Source of the DNA: an uncultured Fibrobacterota bacterium
Lineage (GTDB): Bacteria > Fibrobacterota > Chitinivibrionia > Chitinivibrionales > FEN-1185
Direction of reading: 5' to 3'
Length of the DNA: 64,000 bases
NCBI GenBank assembly: GCA_963729895.1
Contig: CAVSQB010000028.1
Span: 192,001-256,000 of the forward strand
Below are positions 30,053-40,895 of this stretch, piece after piece. The position numbers and the translations under genes are program-made. The notes beneath the pieces were generated by a model, which did no database searches, was not told the DNA's origin, and saw only the letters and a program-made list of their open reading frames with translations. The stretch's first letter is position 1, and every line of letters begins with the position of its first letter.

Positions 30053-31336
30053 CTAGGTGACCAGTTTGATCTGTTTGTGGGCAATTGCAAGAAACAGGAT
30101 ATTTACGTATACGAACCATAATTCCCAGAGGGGTCCATGATAGCTGAGCAGGATGAACCCCACAAAAATGGCCCACATCGAAATGCGGAAAAGGGAGGGA
30201 CGGTGCAGGGTGTTGACATAGAACGTGGTGCAAAGCATGCCGAGCACAAATGGAAGGAAATAAACGCCGAATGCCCCGAAATCCTTGTAAAAATGCCACA
30301 TGTATACAACCGTGTTGAACCCTTTCACCTTGATAATCGATTCATTCATGATCGAGTCGAACCCGTAGCTGTGCAGAAGAGGGGCCTCCGTGAACGACAG
30401 GCAGAACAAGGGCCGAAAAAGATCGAGCCCGAATTCCAACGGGTAGGAGAACGCTCCGTCCACATATTTGCGGAACGCGAAGTCGAGGTTCCAGAAGTCA
30501 TTGACAATATACGTGTACATGTTCCCGGCCCACAACATTCCCTTGGGGAGGTGGAGATGGTATGCTTCCGAAAAGATGTTGAGGGTGTCGTACCGGACCC
30601 TGAGTAAGAAGAAGACGAGGAAGAAGAGGACGGAGAACCCGAACGCGTACAGCAACTGCGCAAGCGAGAGGCGCTTCTTTCCATAGTGGTAAACAACCAC
30701 GGCAAAGATGATAAATCGGAAAAGATCGAGCCGTGTAACAACGGTAAAATAAAGCAGAAGCGAAACGAGGGAAACGACCGCGACGACGACGGTGCGGCGC
30801 CTGCTGAGGGTTGGGAAGAACAGCAGTTCCACTGCAAGGATGAGCGAAAGGGGGCCGAAAAAGAGGCCGAAGTTGGCGAAGAAATTTGCGCTGAAGAAAG
30901 CGATGCGCGCCTTGTCGGCATGCGCGGCAAACAAAGGGATGAACCCGCTCTTGAGGAAGGAGACGCCGTAGCTTGCCAGGAAAACAAGCGAACAGAAAAG
31001 CCAGACGTTGAAGAACCATTTCCAGTCGATCCGCAGCGAGTCCAGGGCAAGGGATTTCTTGATGAAGAGGAAATCGATGACTGCCAGGGGATTGTTCACT
31101 CTGTTGACAAGAAGCATGATACAGGCGCCCGCAATAAACAATCCGGAAGCGCCCCAGAAGAACAGGCGGGTGGTAAGGGACCAATCCGTCTGATAATCGG
31201 ACAGCCTCAGTGAATTGACGGCCAGAAGCAAGCAGTATACGCAGACATAAAGCCGGACCGGAGAGAACAGGTCTTTCCCGTAGTAATATGCCGAAAGGAT
31301 GGCGGCGCCGAGGATACACAGGTAGAGAAAGGTCAT
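30053..31336 (-). CDS. O-antigen/oligosaccharide repeat-unit polymerase (Wzy-like)
   Basis: Highly hydrophobic polytopic protein with FNTV...FYKDFG; lies between wzz and a GT gene. Confidence 0.7.
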   Translation of the reverse strand: MTFLYLCILGAAILSAYYYGKDLFSPVRLYVCVYCLLLAVNSLRLSDYQTDWSLTTRLFFWGASGLFIAGACIMLLVNRVNNPLAVIDFLFIKKSLALDSLRIDWKWFFNVWLFCSLVFLASYGVSFLKSGFIPLFAAHADKARIAFFSANFFANFGLFFGPLSLILAVELLFFPTLSRRRTVVVAVVSLVSLLLYFTVVTRLDLFRFIIFAVVVYHYGKKRLSLAQLLYAFGFSVLFFLVFFLLRVRYDTLNIFSEAYHLHLPKGMLWAGNMYTYIVNDFWNLDFAFRKYVDGAFSYPLEFGLDLFRPLFCLSFTEAPLLHSYGFDSIMNESIIKVKGFNTVVYMWHFYKDFGAFGVYFLPFVLGMLCTTFYVNTLHRPSLFRISMWAIFVGFILLSYHGPLWELWFVYVNILFLAIAHKQIKLVT

Positions 31337-31385
31337 GTTGCCTCTTCTCACGCACAGATCGACGGTACGGACGCGAAAGCCCGCA

Positions 31386-32576
31386 TCACTTCTTAAAAGT
31401 CAATAATCGGAGGACTCGGTTCAATTTGCCGTAAAAAGAGGTCCCGTTTTGCCTTTGGATCTCATACCATTTATCAAGAACAATAGAGGTGAAGGTAATG
31501 CCAAGGCCGCCGAAAAAGAAAAGCATGCAGATGATCGAGCCTTTGGGCCGGGTCTTCTTCTGCGGCGGTCTTGCATATTCGAGCGCCTGGACCCGCGGCA
31601 CGTTGTTCGACTCGGAGAATTTCGCTTGCTCGAACAACTGAAGGACGAATTCGTAGAGAGACTCCTGGATCTTCACGTTGCGAAGGAGGTATCCGTAGTG
31701 GACCGATTTTTGCGGGGCATCGTTGAGTGAAATGATGAGGTTGCCGCCGCCCGCCGCCATGTACCCGTTGATCTTCCGTTCCATCACACGTTTCTGCTTT
31801 TGCAGTTCGGCAATCCGCTGGTTGCCGGCTCCAAACTGGCTTTGCAGTTGCGCAGTTTCGAGGTCGAGCGCCATTTTCTGCGCCTCGAACCCGGCAAGTG
31901 CCTCAATGGAAGATTTTGTTTGCTGCTCAAGGTCTATGTAGTTATTCTCGGTTCTGAATCTTGTGAATTGGCTGGAGGCCGAATCCAGCTCACGTTTGAT
32001 GGCCGTGAGACGGTCTTCAAAGAAGATCCTGGAATTCTTCGCGCTTTCCTTTGCCATACTATACGTTATGGTGTCGAGCTGAAGCGCCACAAAATTGGCA
32101 ATGTCGGCCGCCATTGCCGGGCTGACATCTACGACCGATATTTCGATGTTCTCATATTCGTTTTCGTCCGCCTTGACGTTCCTGTGGAATTGCTTCAGTA
32201 CGTCTTCCATATAATAGTTCTTCTTCTTGTCGAATTTGTAATAGTGAACAAGATTGAATCGGTCAATCACTTTCTCCGCAAGTCTTCGGCTCTGCAGGAT
32301 GCTCAGGAAATTGTCCGGGTCGCTTGCTCCGGCAAAGTCCATGGATTTGAGAATCCCGGAGACGGGAAGTTCTTTTCCGGCAAGCGAACCGAGGCCCGCA
32401 GAGCCCCTCTGGACCGGTTTCATGATAACGGCAGTTGCAGTGTAATACTTGGTGAGGGCCAGGCTTGTGATCACCCCGGCCACGCAGAAAACGAGCATGG
32501 ACAAAACAAAGAACCACTTTCTTTCAAGGAGGATGATCAGCAGATCAAGAAGGCCGATTTGTTTCGGTTCGTCCAT
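31386..32576 (-). CDS. Polysaccharide chain-length determinant (Wzz/GNVR domain)
   Basis: IGLLDLL, N- and C-terminal TM helices, ILQSR, coiled coil, ARPP.KK.RP. Confidence 0.85.
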   Translation of the reverse strand: MDEPKQIGLLDLLIILLERKWFFVLSMLVFCVAGVITSLALTKYYTATAVIMKPVQRGSAGLGSLAGKELPVSGILKSMDFAGASDPDNFLSILQSRRLAEKVIDRFNLVHYYKFDKKKNYYMEDVLKQFHRNVKADENEYENIEISVVDVSPAMAADIANFVALQLDTITYSMAKESAKNSRIFFEDRLTAIKRELDSASSQFTRFRTENNYIDLEQQTKSSIEALAGFEAQKMALDLETAQLQSQFGAGNQRIAELQKQKRVMERKINGYMAAGGGNLIISLNDAPQKSVHYGYLLRNVKIQESLYEFVLQLFEQAKFSESNNVPRVQALEYARPPQKKTRPKGSIICMLFFFGGLGITFTSIVLDKWYEIQRQNGTSFYGKLNRVLRLLTFKK

Positions 32577-32639
32577 GGTATGACAAGTCGATTTCTATGA
32601 CAATTCATTGCCCGTGCAAAAGATTGGTTGGTTTCCCGC

Positions 32640-32957
32640 CTACAATTTGAATTTCGACGAAAGCGCGAGAAACACGACAATGGAAACCAGGCTCAGGACA
32701 TTCGCGCCGATCTTGACATTCACCAATAGTTCGAACAGGCGCCTGTTCTTGAAATAGGACACATTGGTAACGGCGTCCGTTACGAGGCTGGAACTGATAA
32801 CGAGAAGCAAAAGCGAACGCAACAGGGGAGCGCCCATGAAATTCCAAATGACATACACGATGATTCCCCCGGACAATGCAAGCCAGAAGTATTGCACTCC
32901 CAGCGGCTGCGGGGTCTTGGCAAGCAGATGCTCTCTGTAATCTTTGAGCACGTTCAC
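32640..32957 (-). CDS. Small membrane protein (about three TM helices)
   Basis: Hydrophobic C-terminal third of the 284-aa ORF; GTG start inferred. Confidence 0.5.
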   Translation of the reverse strand: MNVLKDYREHLLAKTPQPLGVQYFWLALSGGIIVYVIWNFMGAPLLRSLLLLVISSSLVTDAVTNVSYFKNRRLFELLVNVKIGANVLSLVSIVVFLALSSKFKL

Positions 32958-33329
32958 GGTAATCCCGTCCTTCGTGCCGACCGGCGCGGCATACTGTGGT
33001 GATGCGCGAATTTTCGAGCCGTCAAAACGACCTCTCGGTTCGGCCGCATAACGCCTGAAAGAAGAAAGGCCCCGTTGATTGATGGGAGGACCGGGGCGGG
33101 GACGTTTACATGCTGCGATTTTCCGCAGCGTGGAAAAATATAAATCATTCCCGTGCGCAGGCGGGCAAATACCCATGCCCGCCGTCGGGAGCTTTTCGGA
33201 AGCCGCCGGGAGGATAAGCGCAAAAGACCGTTCTTTCCGCAGCGTCTTAGAAAACCCGCCGGCCCAAACGCATCCCGATTCTATTATATTACAGGCATCC
33301 CCCAAAGAATTTCCGGATGGCTCGGTCCC

Positions 33330-34463
33330 ATGAACATCGGCATCGACATAAAGGCGCTTACCGCGGGAAAGGCCGGCATAGCGGCGTATATCAAAAACAC
33401 GCTCGACAAACTTCAGGAAATCGACGCCGAAAACCGGTATTTCCTTTTTGAAAAGAAGACTTCTTCGTACCGCATGTTCAACCCCCGATGGCAAAAGGTT
33501 CTTGTTCCGTCACGACTCCCCGGAACAATCTGGCTCATGGTTGTGTTGCCGTTCTTTCTCGGACGGCACTCCATTGACGTATTCTGGGGGCCGGAGCAGC
33601 TTATCCCCTGTGTTCTGCCTTCGAGCTCCGCCGCCATGCTGTCCACCGTGCTCGATCTTGCCCTAAAGCGTTGCCCGCACACCATGCAGAACACCAATTA
33701 CTTCATCAACATGCTCTTTCTCAAGAGAAGCGTCCGCCGGTCGTGCACGATCCTCACTATTTCCCATTCCATCAAGGACGACCTGTGCAGATTCTTTCCG
33801 CACGACGCCACGCCCGGCAAGGTTGTGGTCACCTATCCCGGAAAACCGAAGTGGGACCTTGGTTCCGATACGGCAACGGGCCGCGGGAACCACCTGCTGT
33901 TTGCGGGGAGCCTTGAACCCAGGAAGAACCTCTTGAACCTGCTCAAGGCGATTTCCCTTTTGAAAAAGGAGAAGAAGTTGATAGTCCCGCTTTCTATAGT
34001 TGGTCCCGGAGGATGGAAGAACAACGCCGTTCGAACCTATGTCGAAACAAGCGGTCTCAAACAGCAGATAACCATGGCGGGATTCCTTAGCGAAGAAGAG
34101 CTGATCCGGCAGTATTGCCGGTGCAAGGCATTTGTGTATCCTTCAATCTACGAAGGGTTCGGATTGCCGATTTTGGAGTCCCTGGTGGCCAACACGCCGG
34201 TACTGACGTCAAGGGGCACTTCCATGGAAGAAATTGCCGGGGAGTGTTGCGTCCTGTTTGACGCCGGCGATCCTCGCGACATTGCAGAGAAGATAGCCGG
34301 CGTATACGCCCCGGATTTCGATCCGCAGGCGCGCCTGAAGCACCGCGACGAAGTGCTAGCAAGGTTCTCCTGGGACACAACCGCGAGGCAGACGCTCGCG
34401 GCATTGACAGAAGCGTTCATCAAGAACAAAGCCGGCAAGCGAAGCCGGGCGATCTGCTGTTGA
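33330..34463 (+). CDS. Glycosyltransferase family 4
   Basis: MNIGID, GIAAY, GSLEPRKNL, YPSIYEGFGLPILES, FSWD. Confidence 0.92.
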   Translation: MNIGIDIKALTAGKAGIAAYIKNTLDKLQEIDAENRYFLFEKKTSSYRMFNPRWQKVLVPSRLPGTIWLMVVLPFFLGRHSIDVFWGPEQLIPCVLPSSSAAMLSTVLDLALKRCPHTMQNTNYFINMLFLKRSVRRSCTILTISHSIKDDLCRFFPHDATPGKVVVTYPGKPKWDLGSDTATGRGNHLLFAGSLEPRKNLLNLLKAISLLKKEKKLIVPLSIVGPGGWKNNAVRTYVETSGLKQQITMAGFLSEEELIRQYCRCKAFVYPSIYEGFGLPILESLVANTPVLTSRGTSMEEIAGECCVLFDAGDPRDIAEKIAGVYAPDFDPQARLKHRDEVLARFSWDTTARQTLAALTEAFIKNKAGKRSRAICC

Positions 34464-34534
34464 TATTTAGGACAAAAGAAATAGAATCAATGCTTGTGGA
34501 TCGCCGAACAGGGTGATCCCATCGGCAATCAGCT

Positions 34535-35470
34535 ATGGCACGATATAGCACACGTATTTTCCTAATCTTCGCCGGCGTCCTTGTGTCCTGCAAGCCATCC
34601 GGCGATGTTCCGCCATGGGAAGTAAACGAACTCACCGACCAGATACGGCACCAGGCGGGCGGCAGCTACGCGACACTTTCGCAGGGCGTAACCCACTACG
34701 AACTGTCGGGTCCGGCACTTGGACACACGGTGGTGCTCGTGCACGGTTCCACGCTCCCTATGTGGACCTGGGACAGACTGGTTGGGCCTCTTACCGACGC
34801 CGGTTTCCGGGTGTTGCGTTACGACCATTTCGGCCGTGGATACTCCGACAGGCCGTCCGGCGAATACACCATCGATTTGTACCGAAGCCAATTGCACGAG
34901 TTGATCGGCTTCTTGGGCATCAAAGAGCCTGTCTCGCTGGTCGGCATTTCATTCGGCTGCGCCATCATCGCAAACTATGCCTCCTGTTATCCGGAGACAA
35001 TCGACCGGATGATTTTTGCAGCACCGCTTGTCAACCCATTCAACGATCTGGCCAAACTCCTGACAAAGTCACGGGTGGGCGCTTCTTTTGTAAAGAACCA
35101 GATACAGAAACAGGTCGAAGGCGGCATCCGGAAAACCCTTCTGGACCGAGGCATGCCGGACCACTACGCGGATTTGTTTATCGAACAGGCTTCCATCAAG
35201 GGGTTTCAGCGTTCGCTCATTTCATTCCTGCGCAGCGCCGCGGAAGCCGATTACCGGCCATTTTACCGGAAAACCGGAGAGTCGGTCAAAGACATCATGC
35301 TCATCTGGGGAGACGACGACAAGACGGTGCGCAAGGGCCAGATTCGCGCATTCAGCAAGGCTATTCCACATGCACAGGTCAGAATTCTCCCTGGAATCGG
35401 TCATTTGGCGCCGTTTGAGGCTACCGATGAATTCAACGGGCTGGTTCTTGATTTCTTGACAAAGAAGTAG
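34535..35470 (+). CDS. Alpha/beta hydrolase, possible lipoprotein
   Basis: VLVHG, YDHFGRGYS, GISFG nucleophile elbow, WGDDD, GH; LVSC lipobox. Confidence 0.85.
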   Translation: MARYSTRIFLIFAGVLVSCKPSGDVPPWEVNELTDQIRHQAGGSYATLSQGVTHYELSGPALGHTVVLVHGSTLPMWTWDRLVGPLTDAGFRVLRYDHFGRGYSDRPSGEYTIDLYRSQLHELIGFLGIKEPVSLVGISFGCAIIANYASCYPETIDRMIFAAPLVNPFNDLAKLLTKSRVGASFVKNQIQKQVEGGIRKTLLDRGMPDHYADLFIEQASIKGFQRSLISFLRSAAEADYRPFYRKTGESVKDIMLIWGDDDKTVRKGQIRAFSKAIPHAQVRILPGIGHLAPFEATDEFNGLVLDFLTKK

Positions 35471-35529
35471 GTCCCCAATTGCTCTGTTCTCGCCGCGGTC
35501 AGTGCGGACCACGGGTCTTTGGAAGCGGT

Positions 35530-36387
35530 TTAAGACGTACGAAGCCGGATGCGGTATTTCTTCACCATGCGCTCGGGGCGATACGAGGCCTTTGCCCGGC
35601 GCAGCGTTTCCATGCCCAGGTCCTGCTCGAAGTTAAAAACGGCGTACTGTGAAGGCATGATCTGAGCGAATTGGCTGTACATGTACTGGTATATCCCTTT
35701 GAACGCACGTTTTGCCTTTGCAAAGTGAAGCACAAAGCAGGTACGGCCCAGTTCTTCGCCGATAATGAAGCCTGCGGGCCCGCCGTCCACATAGTAAATG
35801 GCCCCGCAGAGCCCCAATTCCTCATACAACAGAAGAGCTTCCTTGCAAGGGGTGTAGTCCGTATTCTGCGGCGATTCATCCGATTCTTCCTGCCATGCGT
35901 CCAGAACGGCCAGGGCATCCGGGAGCCGTTCGTTTGTCAGGGGAAGCGCCTGCACGCGGTAGCGGGCCAGAAACTGGTTGAGCAGGTTCTTCTTCGCGTG
36001 CAGCTTGTTTCCCGGATAGATGGCAAGTTTGGCGATCTCGTGAATGTAATCGCTTTCGGCGTCGTCGAACGTGATGTCATAGGCGGCCGGATCGAACGCC
36101 CCGAGCCATTCTTCCGGCACCGGAAAAAGCATGCCGCAGGCGGTTATCATGCGGTCAAGCAGTTCCCTTTTTATCACACGGACGTCCTGCGTGGGCATGA
36201 CGTAAGTATCGCCGTTGTGCGCTGTACCGCGGATGAAAATCTCCTCCTCGAAAAGCACCGCGTACGAGTGCTCTGCGCGGAACAAATACAGGTTGGCAAA
36301 GCTGTACTCCGAAACAGACAGGGCCAGGCCGCGCAGCGGCTCATAGAGGATTTGTTTGTGGTGCAGAGAAAGAGGCTCTTCGGTCAT
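35530..36387 (-). CDS. DUF2156 / phosphatidylglycerol lysyltransferase-like GNAT protein
   Basis: SEYSFANL, DYI, KKN..N.F, HFAKA, NFEQDLG..LRRAKASY.P. Confidence 0.85.
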   Translation of the reverse strand: MTEEPLSLHHKQILYEPLRGLALSVSEYSFANLYLFRAEHSYAVLFEEEIFIRGTAHNGDTYVMPTQDVRVIKRELLDRMITACGMLFPVPEEWLGAFDPAAYDITFDDAESDYIHEIAKLAIYPGNKLHAKKNLLNQFLARYRVQALPLTNERLPDALAVLDAWQEESDESPQNTDYTPCKEALLLYEELGLCGAIYYVDGGPAGFIIGEELGRTCFVLHFAKAKRAFKGIYQYMYSQFAQIMPSQYAVFNFEQDLGMETLRRAKASYRPERMVKKYRIRLRTS

Positions 36388-36565
36388 GGCGATGCACCTC
36401 CGGCCTTAACAATAGCGCTTATGCACATACAGTCGAATTTGAGGCACCGTCCCGGGGAATTCTTTGCACAATCTCGCCGCAGGTGTTTGATCGATGTGCG
36501 GCGCTCATTACGTGAATGTTGGGATCATCGGGCATGGTCTGCACTGTTTCTGCGGGACTATGCAG

Positions 36566-36934
36566 TCAGGCCGGACTTATTGTGGCCGCAGCGCCCGACA
36601 TGCGCTTCATCACGGCGCGTTGCAGCGGACCGAGCGCCCTGAATTGAACTCCGATCTGCAGGTACTTGCGGTCTTGGAAGTATCGCGTTCTCACCCAGAC
36701 AATTTTTCCATGGAAATGCACGGACGGGCTGAAGCTTCGTGGCTGAATGGTCACCACGACCCTGTCACCTTGCTGCAAGAGCCTCTTTGTATTGACCTGC
36801 GCGCCGCCGGTGCTGATATCCACAAGTTCCGCGACATCCCTGCCTTCCCACAGGAAGAAGAACCTTTTCGTGTAGACAACCACGCGGAGCTGTTTCTTCA
36901 CTCGCGGGTGTTTCCGACGTTCTTTCGCATCCAT
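36566..36934 (-). CDS. PilZ domain c-di-GMP receptor
   Basis: ERRKHPR (RxxxR), DISTGG (DxSxxG), IVW, GVQF. Confidence 0.85.
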   Translation of the reverse strand: MDAKERRKHPRVKKQLRVVVYTKRFFFLWEGRDVAELVDISTGGAQVNTKRLLQQGDRVVVTIQPRSFSPSVHFHGKIVWVRTRYFQDRKYLQIGVQFRALGPLQRAVMKRMSGAAATISPA

Positions 36935-37030
36935 CGCGCCGTCCCCGAAGGGTTGTTTGTCACTTCTCACAAGTAAAATACTTGTCTTGAACCCTGCAGG
37001 CGCAATAACAAAATGGGGTTTCTTTTGCCG

Positions 37031-37798
37031 TTACCAGTAGAATTCACTTCCGATACTGAAGATCATTTCCGTTTCATTTCGGTCATCATAAATGCCGATT
37101 CCGGACCCGACATTGAGGGAGAACCAGTTGGAAAAGCTATAATGGAAATTAAAGGAGCCGGTACCTCCAGAGTGGTTTCCGGTATAGTACAGCGCTAATG
37201 CCGACAGGACGGCTGCTTTCGGTGAAAGTTGAAAACCGATCGCGTTGGAAACGGTCGGGAAGGATTCAGTTGCTGTCCCCTTGGGGAAAGAGTAATTCAA
37301 AGCCTCATAAATATTCCCTTGATACCAGGCAGATGGAGAGAGCCGCTTCTTCCAGGAAAACCTTAGGCTGCAATAGGCTCCACTCGGATCGATGGTTGAC
37401 GCGCCTCCTCCTAATGCAAATTGCCACTTGTATCGTACGGTCGTATCAACAAGCGGGCTTTTCGTCAATTGCCAAACAAGGTATGGATAAGGAATGTAAG
37501 GCAACGAGAGATTGTCCGTTAATGAGTAGGACGCTGTACCCACCAATAAGGATGCGAAAACATCGTTGCGAAACACACTAGTGTAAGAGATGCCTCGATA
37601 CGTGACACGGTCTCTAACTTCAAGGAAGCCTGATACTGATGGTTCTACCGACCAGGTTCCTTTTGGATCAACAATCGGCCTGTCTATTTCCGCAAGCGGC
37701 ACACTCATCTTGTTTGGTCCTGCACATTCCATGCAAAGCATCACGATGCAGGGAAGCGCAATAGTCCAATACCGTTTCACATTTTGCTCCTTTGCCAA
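37031..37798 (-). CDS. Hypothetical exported protein, possible outer-membrane beta-barrel
   Basis: Signal/lipobox-like N-terminus, amphipathic strands, aromatic C-terminus (SEFYW). Confidence 0.55.
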   Translation of the reverse strand: MAKEQNVKRYWTIALPCIVMLCMECAGPNKMSVPLAEIDRPIVDPKGTWSVEPSVSGFLEVRDRVTYRGISYTSVFRNDVFASLLVGTASYSLTDNLSLPYIPYPYLVWQLTKSPLVDTTVRYKWQFALGGGASTIDPSGAYCSLRFSWKKRLSPSAWYQGNIYEALNYSFPKGTATESFPTVSNAIGFQLSPKAAVLSALALYYTGNHSGGTGSFNFHYSFSNWFSLNVGSGIGIYDDRNETEMIFSIGSEFYW

Positions 37799-37895
37799 CC
37801 ACTCTTACAATTGGTAGTCACCAGCCACAAAAGGGGTTTTGTCTCCTTGGATCATTGAAGAACCCCGCCCCGAATAGCGGGGTTAGCGGGCTGTG

Positions 37896-38339
37896 TTATT
37901 CAACGACACGCACGATCAAGGGTTCAGACCACTTCGACGTATCTGTCCCGTTTACAAGCTGTACCTGCACCGAACAGGCGCCTGCAATTGTCCAGGTCCA
38001 TACGATTGCCGAATCCTGCATCAGTGAAGACACCTGATTGCTTGACTGACTGGAAAACAGAAACCGTTTCATCCCTGCCGCTCCCGTATAGCTGTAGCTC
38101 TGTGCATGATTTACTTGAGCGGTATCGGAGCCCAACGGTTCTATGGGCACAACCTGTCCGCTTCCGAGATCAGGTTGTCCCGTAAATGTTGTTACGACCG
38201 GTCCGGTGGTGGAATCGACATATCCAAACCCTGTAGGATTGCCGATCACGCCCCCGCCGGCCGTGTCGCCCATTGACCCTCCGGAAGAACAGCGCAGCAT
38301 GATCATAGCCGAAACACCGATGATCGTGTGCCGTATCAT
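37896..38339 (-). CDS. Hypothetical lipoprotein with an Ig/PKD-like C-terminus
   Basis: LRCS lipobox, AGGGVIGNP, C-terminal SKWSEPL; overlaps the TIGR02147 stop codon. Confidence 0.55.
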   Translation of the reverse strand: MIRHTIIGVSAMIMLRCSSGGSMGDTAGGGVIGNPTGFGYVDSTTGPVVTTFTGQPDLGSGQVVPIEPLGSDTAQVNHAQSYSYTGAAGMKRFLFSSQSSNQVSSLMQDSAIVWTWTIAGACSVQVQLVNGTDTSKWSEPLIVRVVE

Positions 38340-39172
38340 GAAGGTTGTTCTCCATTGTTGAGGGCGCTTGTCGGATACAGCTGGATGTTGACATGATAAA
38401 CACGGTTCTGGTCTGTATCTTTCTCAACAATGCTTACGAGCTTCTCCCGAAAACGCCGGACCTCCTCTTTCATGGCAATAAGACCTTTTGGGGAGAGTGC
38501 TGCCGCGACGCAACTGATGTCCCGTTCCAAAGACGGACAATCGGTAATTGCCTTCTTCGCAACATCGAGGTTCTGGCGATGGAATTCGGTGACGGCGACC
38601 GACCGCACTTCGTCACCGCTGGTGACTACGGTATCCACCAATTCGAATCGTTTTCCTCTTTTTCGAATCAACCCCAGACGCAACAGGAGCTTGACCGAGG
38701 CTTTCGCCTGGCTTGGCTTGATTGCAGGAACTACAAGGGAGGCGAGGCGTTCCCAATCGTTGCCGATGTCATGCATGACGACAAGTTCCCGGACGGTGTG
38801 GTGATACCACCGTCTGTAGAAGTCGTGTTGGTCCCGGACAAGAAGCCGAGCGTTGCTGCGGCGGTTGAATTCGGTGAGTTTGGCCCAGGTTCGCATTTTC
38901 TGATCGTGCGTCTTGGACTGGTTGAACGCAACAAGTGCCTCAAAAAAAGCGACCGATTTGCCATCAAGACCGATGGAGCGGGCAACGGTGTCAAGTGCAT
39001 CATCGGCAATAAGTTTCTTCCCGGAGATCAATTCGGGAAAATAGCTCTTTGATCTGAAGCCCGCGGCGTGTGCCCAGACTTGATATGAGAAACGAGGATT
39101 CTTCCATTTTTTCTCGGTATAGAAGTCACGTAGAAATGTCCTGAAATTAAGATATTCAAATATGGATGGCAT
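38336..39172 (-). CDS. TIGR02147 family protein (Fibrobacter paralogous HTH family)
   Basis: IFEYLNFRTFLRDFY, NPRFSY, FEALVAFNQ, WYH..VREL, ERDIS, VYHVNIQLYP. Confidence 0.88.
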   Translation of the reverse strand: MPSIFEYLNFRTFLRDFYTEKKWKNPRFSYQVWAHAAGFRSKSYFPELISGKKLIADDALDTVARSIGLDGKSVAFFEALVAFNQSKTHDQKMRTWAKLTEFNRRSNARLLVRDQHDFYRRWYHHTVRELVVMHDIGNDWERLASLVVPAIKPSQAKASVKLLLRLGLIRKRGKRFELVDTVVTSGDEVRSVAVTEFHRQNLDVAKKAITDCPSLERDISCVAAALSPKGLIAMKEEVRRFREKLVSIVEKDTDQNRVYHVNIQLYPTSALNNGEQPS

Positions 39173-39441
39173 TGTTTTGTCCTTTGTGTTCATTACCAAA
39201 TTTACAAACAAATACCGAGGCTTGCAAGACCAGATCGCAAGATATCGTTCTTTTTTAGCGAACGGTTCGATATGCGGGGTGTGACATGATCCTGCGTCTT
39301 GGTTGCCGATACGGCATGAAGAACCGGCACGACCGCATCCGTCGCGTTACGCCGCCCGGGCGACTCCTTTCACTAATTTACAAAATGTATATTCTTTCTG
39401 TTGCGGCATCCGCCCGTTCGGTTTCTCCAGGGAGAACTGCC

Positions 39442-40893
39442 ATGTCCGGCGAAGTGCGGCTCAACCTTCTGCGCCTCACCAGCGGCACCGCTCTGTATGG
39501 CGCCTCGGACGTGATATATGCATTTGTCCGGTTCTTTCTCGTTGCCATAATCACCCGCATTCTCACTCCTGCCGATTTCGGAGTGTATGCGATTATCTCC
39601 GCTACGCTCCAGTTCGCCTGCGTGGCGATGCCGCTGGGTCTTCCTACCGCCATGATCGTCCAGTTCAGGGAAAACGACAAAGACCAGATGGCGGCGCTCA
39701 GGAACACCACCATGCTGTTCCTGCTTCAGATATGCGCGGCGCTGGCCGTTGCCTTCTTTGCATGTTCGAAGATCCTGTTTGCAAACACAACGATTTCCGC
39801 GCTCGCGGGCTGGATAATCCTGTGGTCCGTTTCCGACGTTTTGGGGATGGTGCCGAGGATGTCGCTTCGCTTCAATCAGAAAATTGTGCCTTTCGGCGTG
39901 GCGCGAGTGCTCAGGGCGGTGGTGATGGTGGTTGTACTGCTCTGGCTCGTTAAGACTCACGTCAGCGGTTTGGCTGGGGTCGTGATATCAGAAGCTGCGG
40001 CTGCGGCCACGGAATTCGTTTTCGCATGCATTTTCGACGGTTTCATGCCCCGCCCGGATCCGCTGTGGGGCCTCGGCTCGCTGCTTCGGGCCGGACTTCC
40101 GCTTACCCTCGTCGGTCTTGGCATTTTTTTGAATGACCTTTCCGACAGGTACGTTGTGTTCCTGTTTCTCGGAAAGCAGGCAAACGGCTATTATTCCGCT
40201 GCCGCAAAAATCGCGATTGCCGGCTCGTTCTGCGCGGAAGCATTCAACTCAATGTGGTTCCCCTATTTCTTCAGGTTCGCCCAGAAAAAGGAATATCGGG
40301 AGTCGGAACTGCGCGACTTTTCAAAGAAGCTCGTACTCCTCTTTGCAGCGCTCATCGGGTTTTTGACCATTGTTCTTCCCCGGGTCTTGACCCTCAAAAT
40401 GTTCGGCAGATACTTTGTTTCACCCAGCTATCACGGCGCTGCCGTGCTGGTGGCGCCTCTCACGCTTGTCTATTTCTTCAAGATGGCCATGTATGTCGCC
40501 ACTCCTGTCCTTACCTACCGGCAAAGGATCGCACGACTTTCCACCATAATATGGATAGCTGCGATTGTCAATATCGCCGCCAACATCCTATGGTGCCGGG
40601 TATTCGGCAATTCGCATCTGTATGCCGCGCTCTTTGCGATTGCGCTCATGACCTCACTGTCCTATGGGTTATGCATGGTATGGGTGTCCCGCGACGCAGG
40701 CGTGTTTCCGCTGCGCACTTGGGTCTTCTCTTCCACGCCGCTGTTCTCAATTGCGCTTCTTGGCCCGGCGTTCCTGCCGGTCCCACTTTATTGTAAAATC
40801 GGAATTTGGGCGGTCGTCTCCTTGGTGCTGTATCAACGCCAGTTCGCACACAGCAATATCCTGCGGAGGCTGATTGCCGGGCAGGGTTCGTGA
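39442..40893 (+). CDS. Polysaccharide biosynthesis flippase (Wzx/MATE-like)
   Basis: TALYG, TRILTPADFG, SDRY, GYYSAAAK; polytopic. Confidence 0.8.
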   Translation: MSGEVRLNLLRLTSGTALYGASDVIYAFVRFFLVAIITRILTPADFGVYAIISATLQFACVAMPLGLPTAMIVQFRENDKDQMAALRNTTMLFLLQICAALAVAFFACSKILFANTTISALAGWIILWSVSDVLGMVPRMSLRFNQKIVPFGVARVLRAVVMVVVLLWLVKTHVSGLAGVVISEAAAAATEFVFACIFDGFMPRPDPLWGLGSLLRAGLPLTLVGLGIFLNDLSDRYVVFLFLGKQANGYYSAAAKIAIAGSFCAEAFNSMWFPYFFRFAQKKEYRESELRDFSKKLVLLFAALIGFLTIVLPRVLTLKMFGRYFVSPSYHGAAVLVAPLTLVYFFKMAMYVATPVLTYRQRIARLSTIIWIAAIVNIAANILWCRVFGNSHLYAALFAIALMTSLSYGLCMVWVSRDAGVFPLRTWVFSSTPLFSIALLGPAFLPVPLYCKIGIWAVVSLVLYQRQFAHSNILRRLIAGQGS

Positions 40894-40895
40894 TC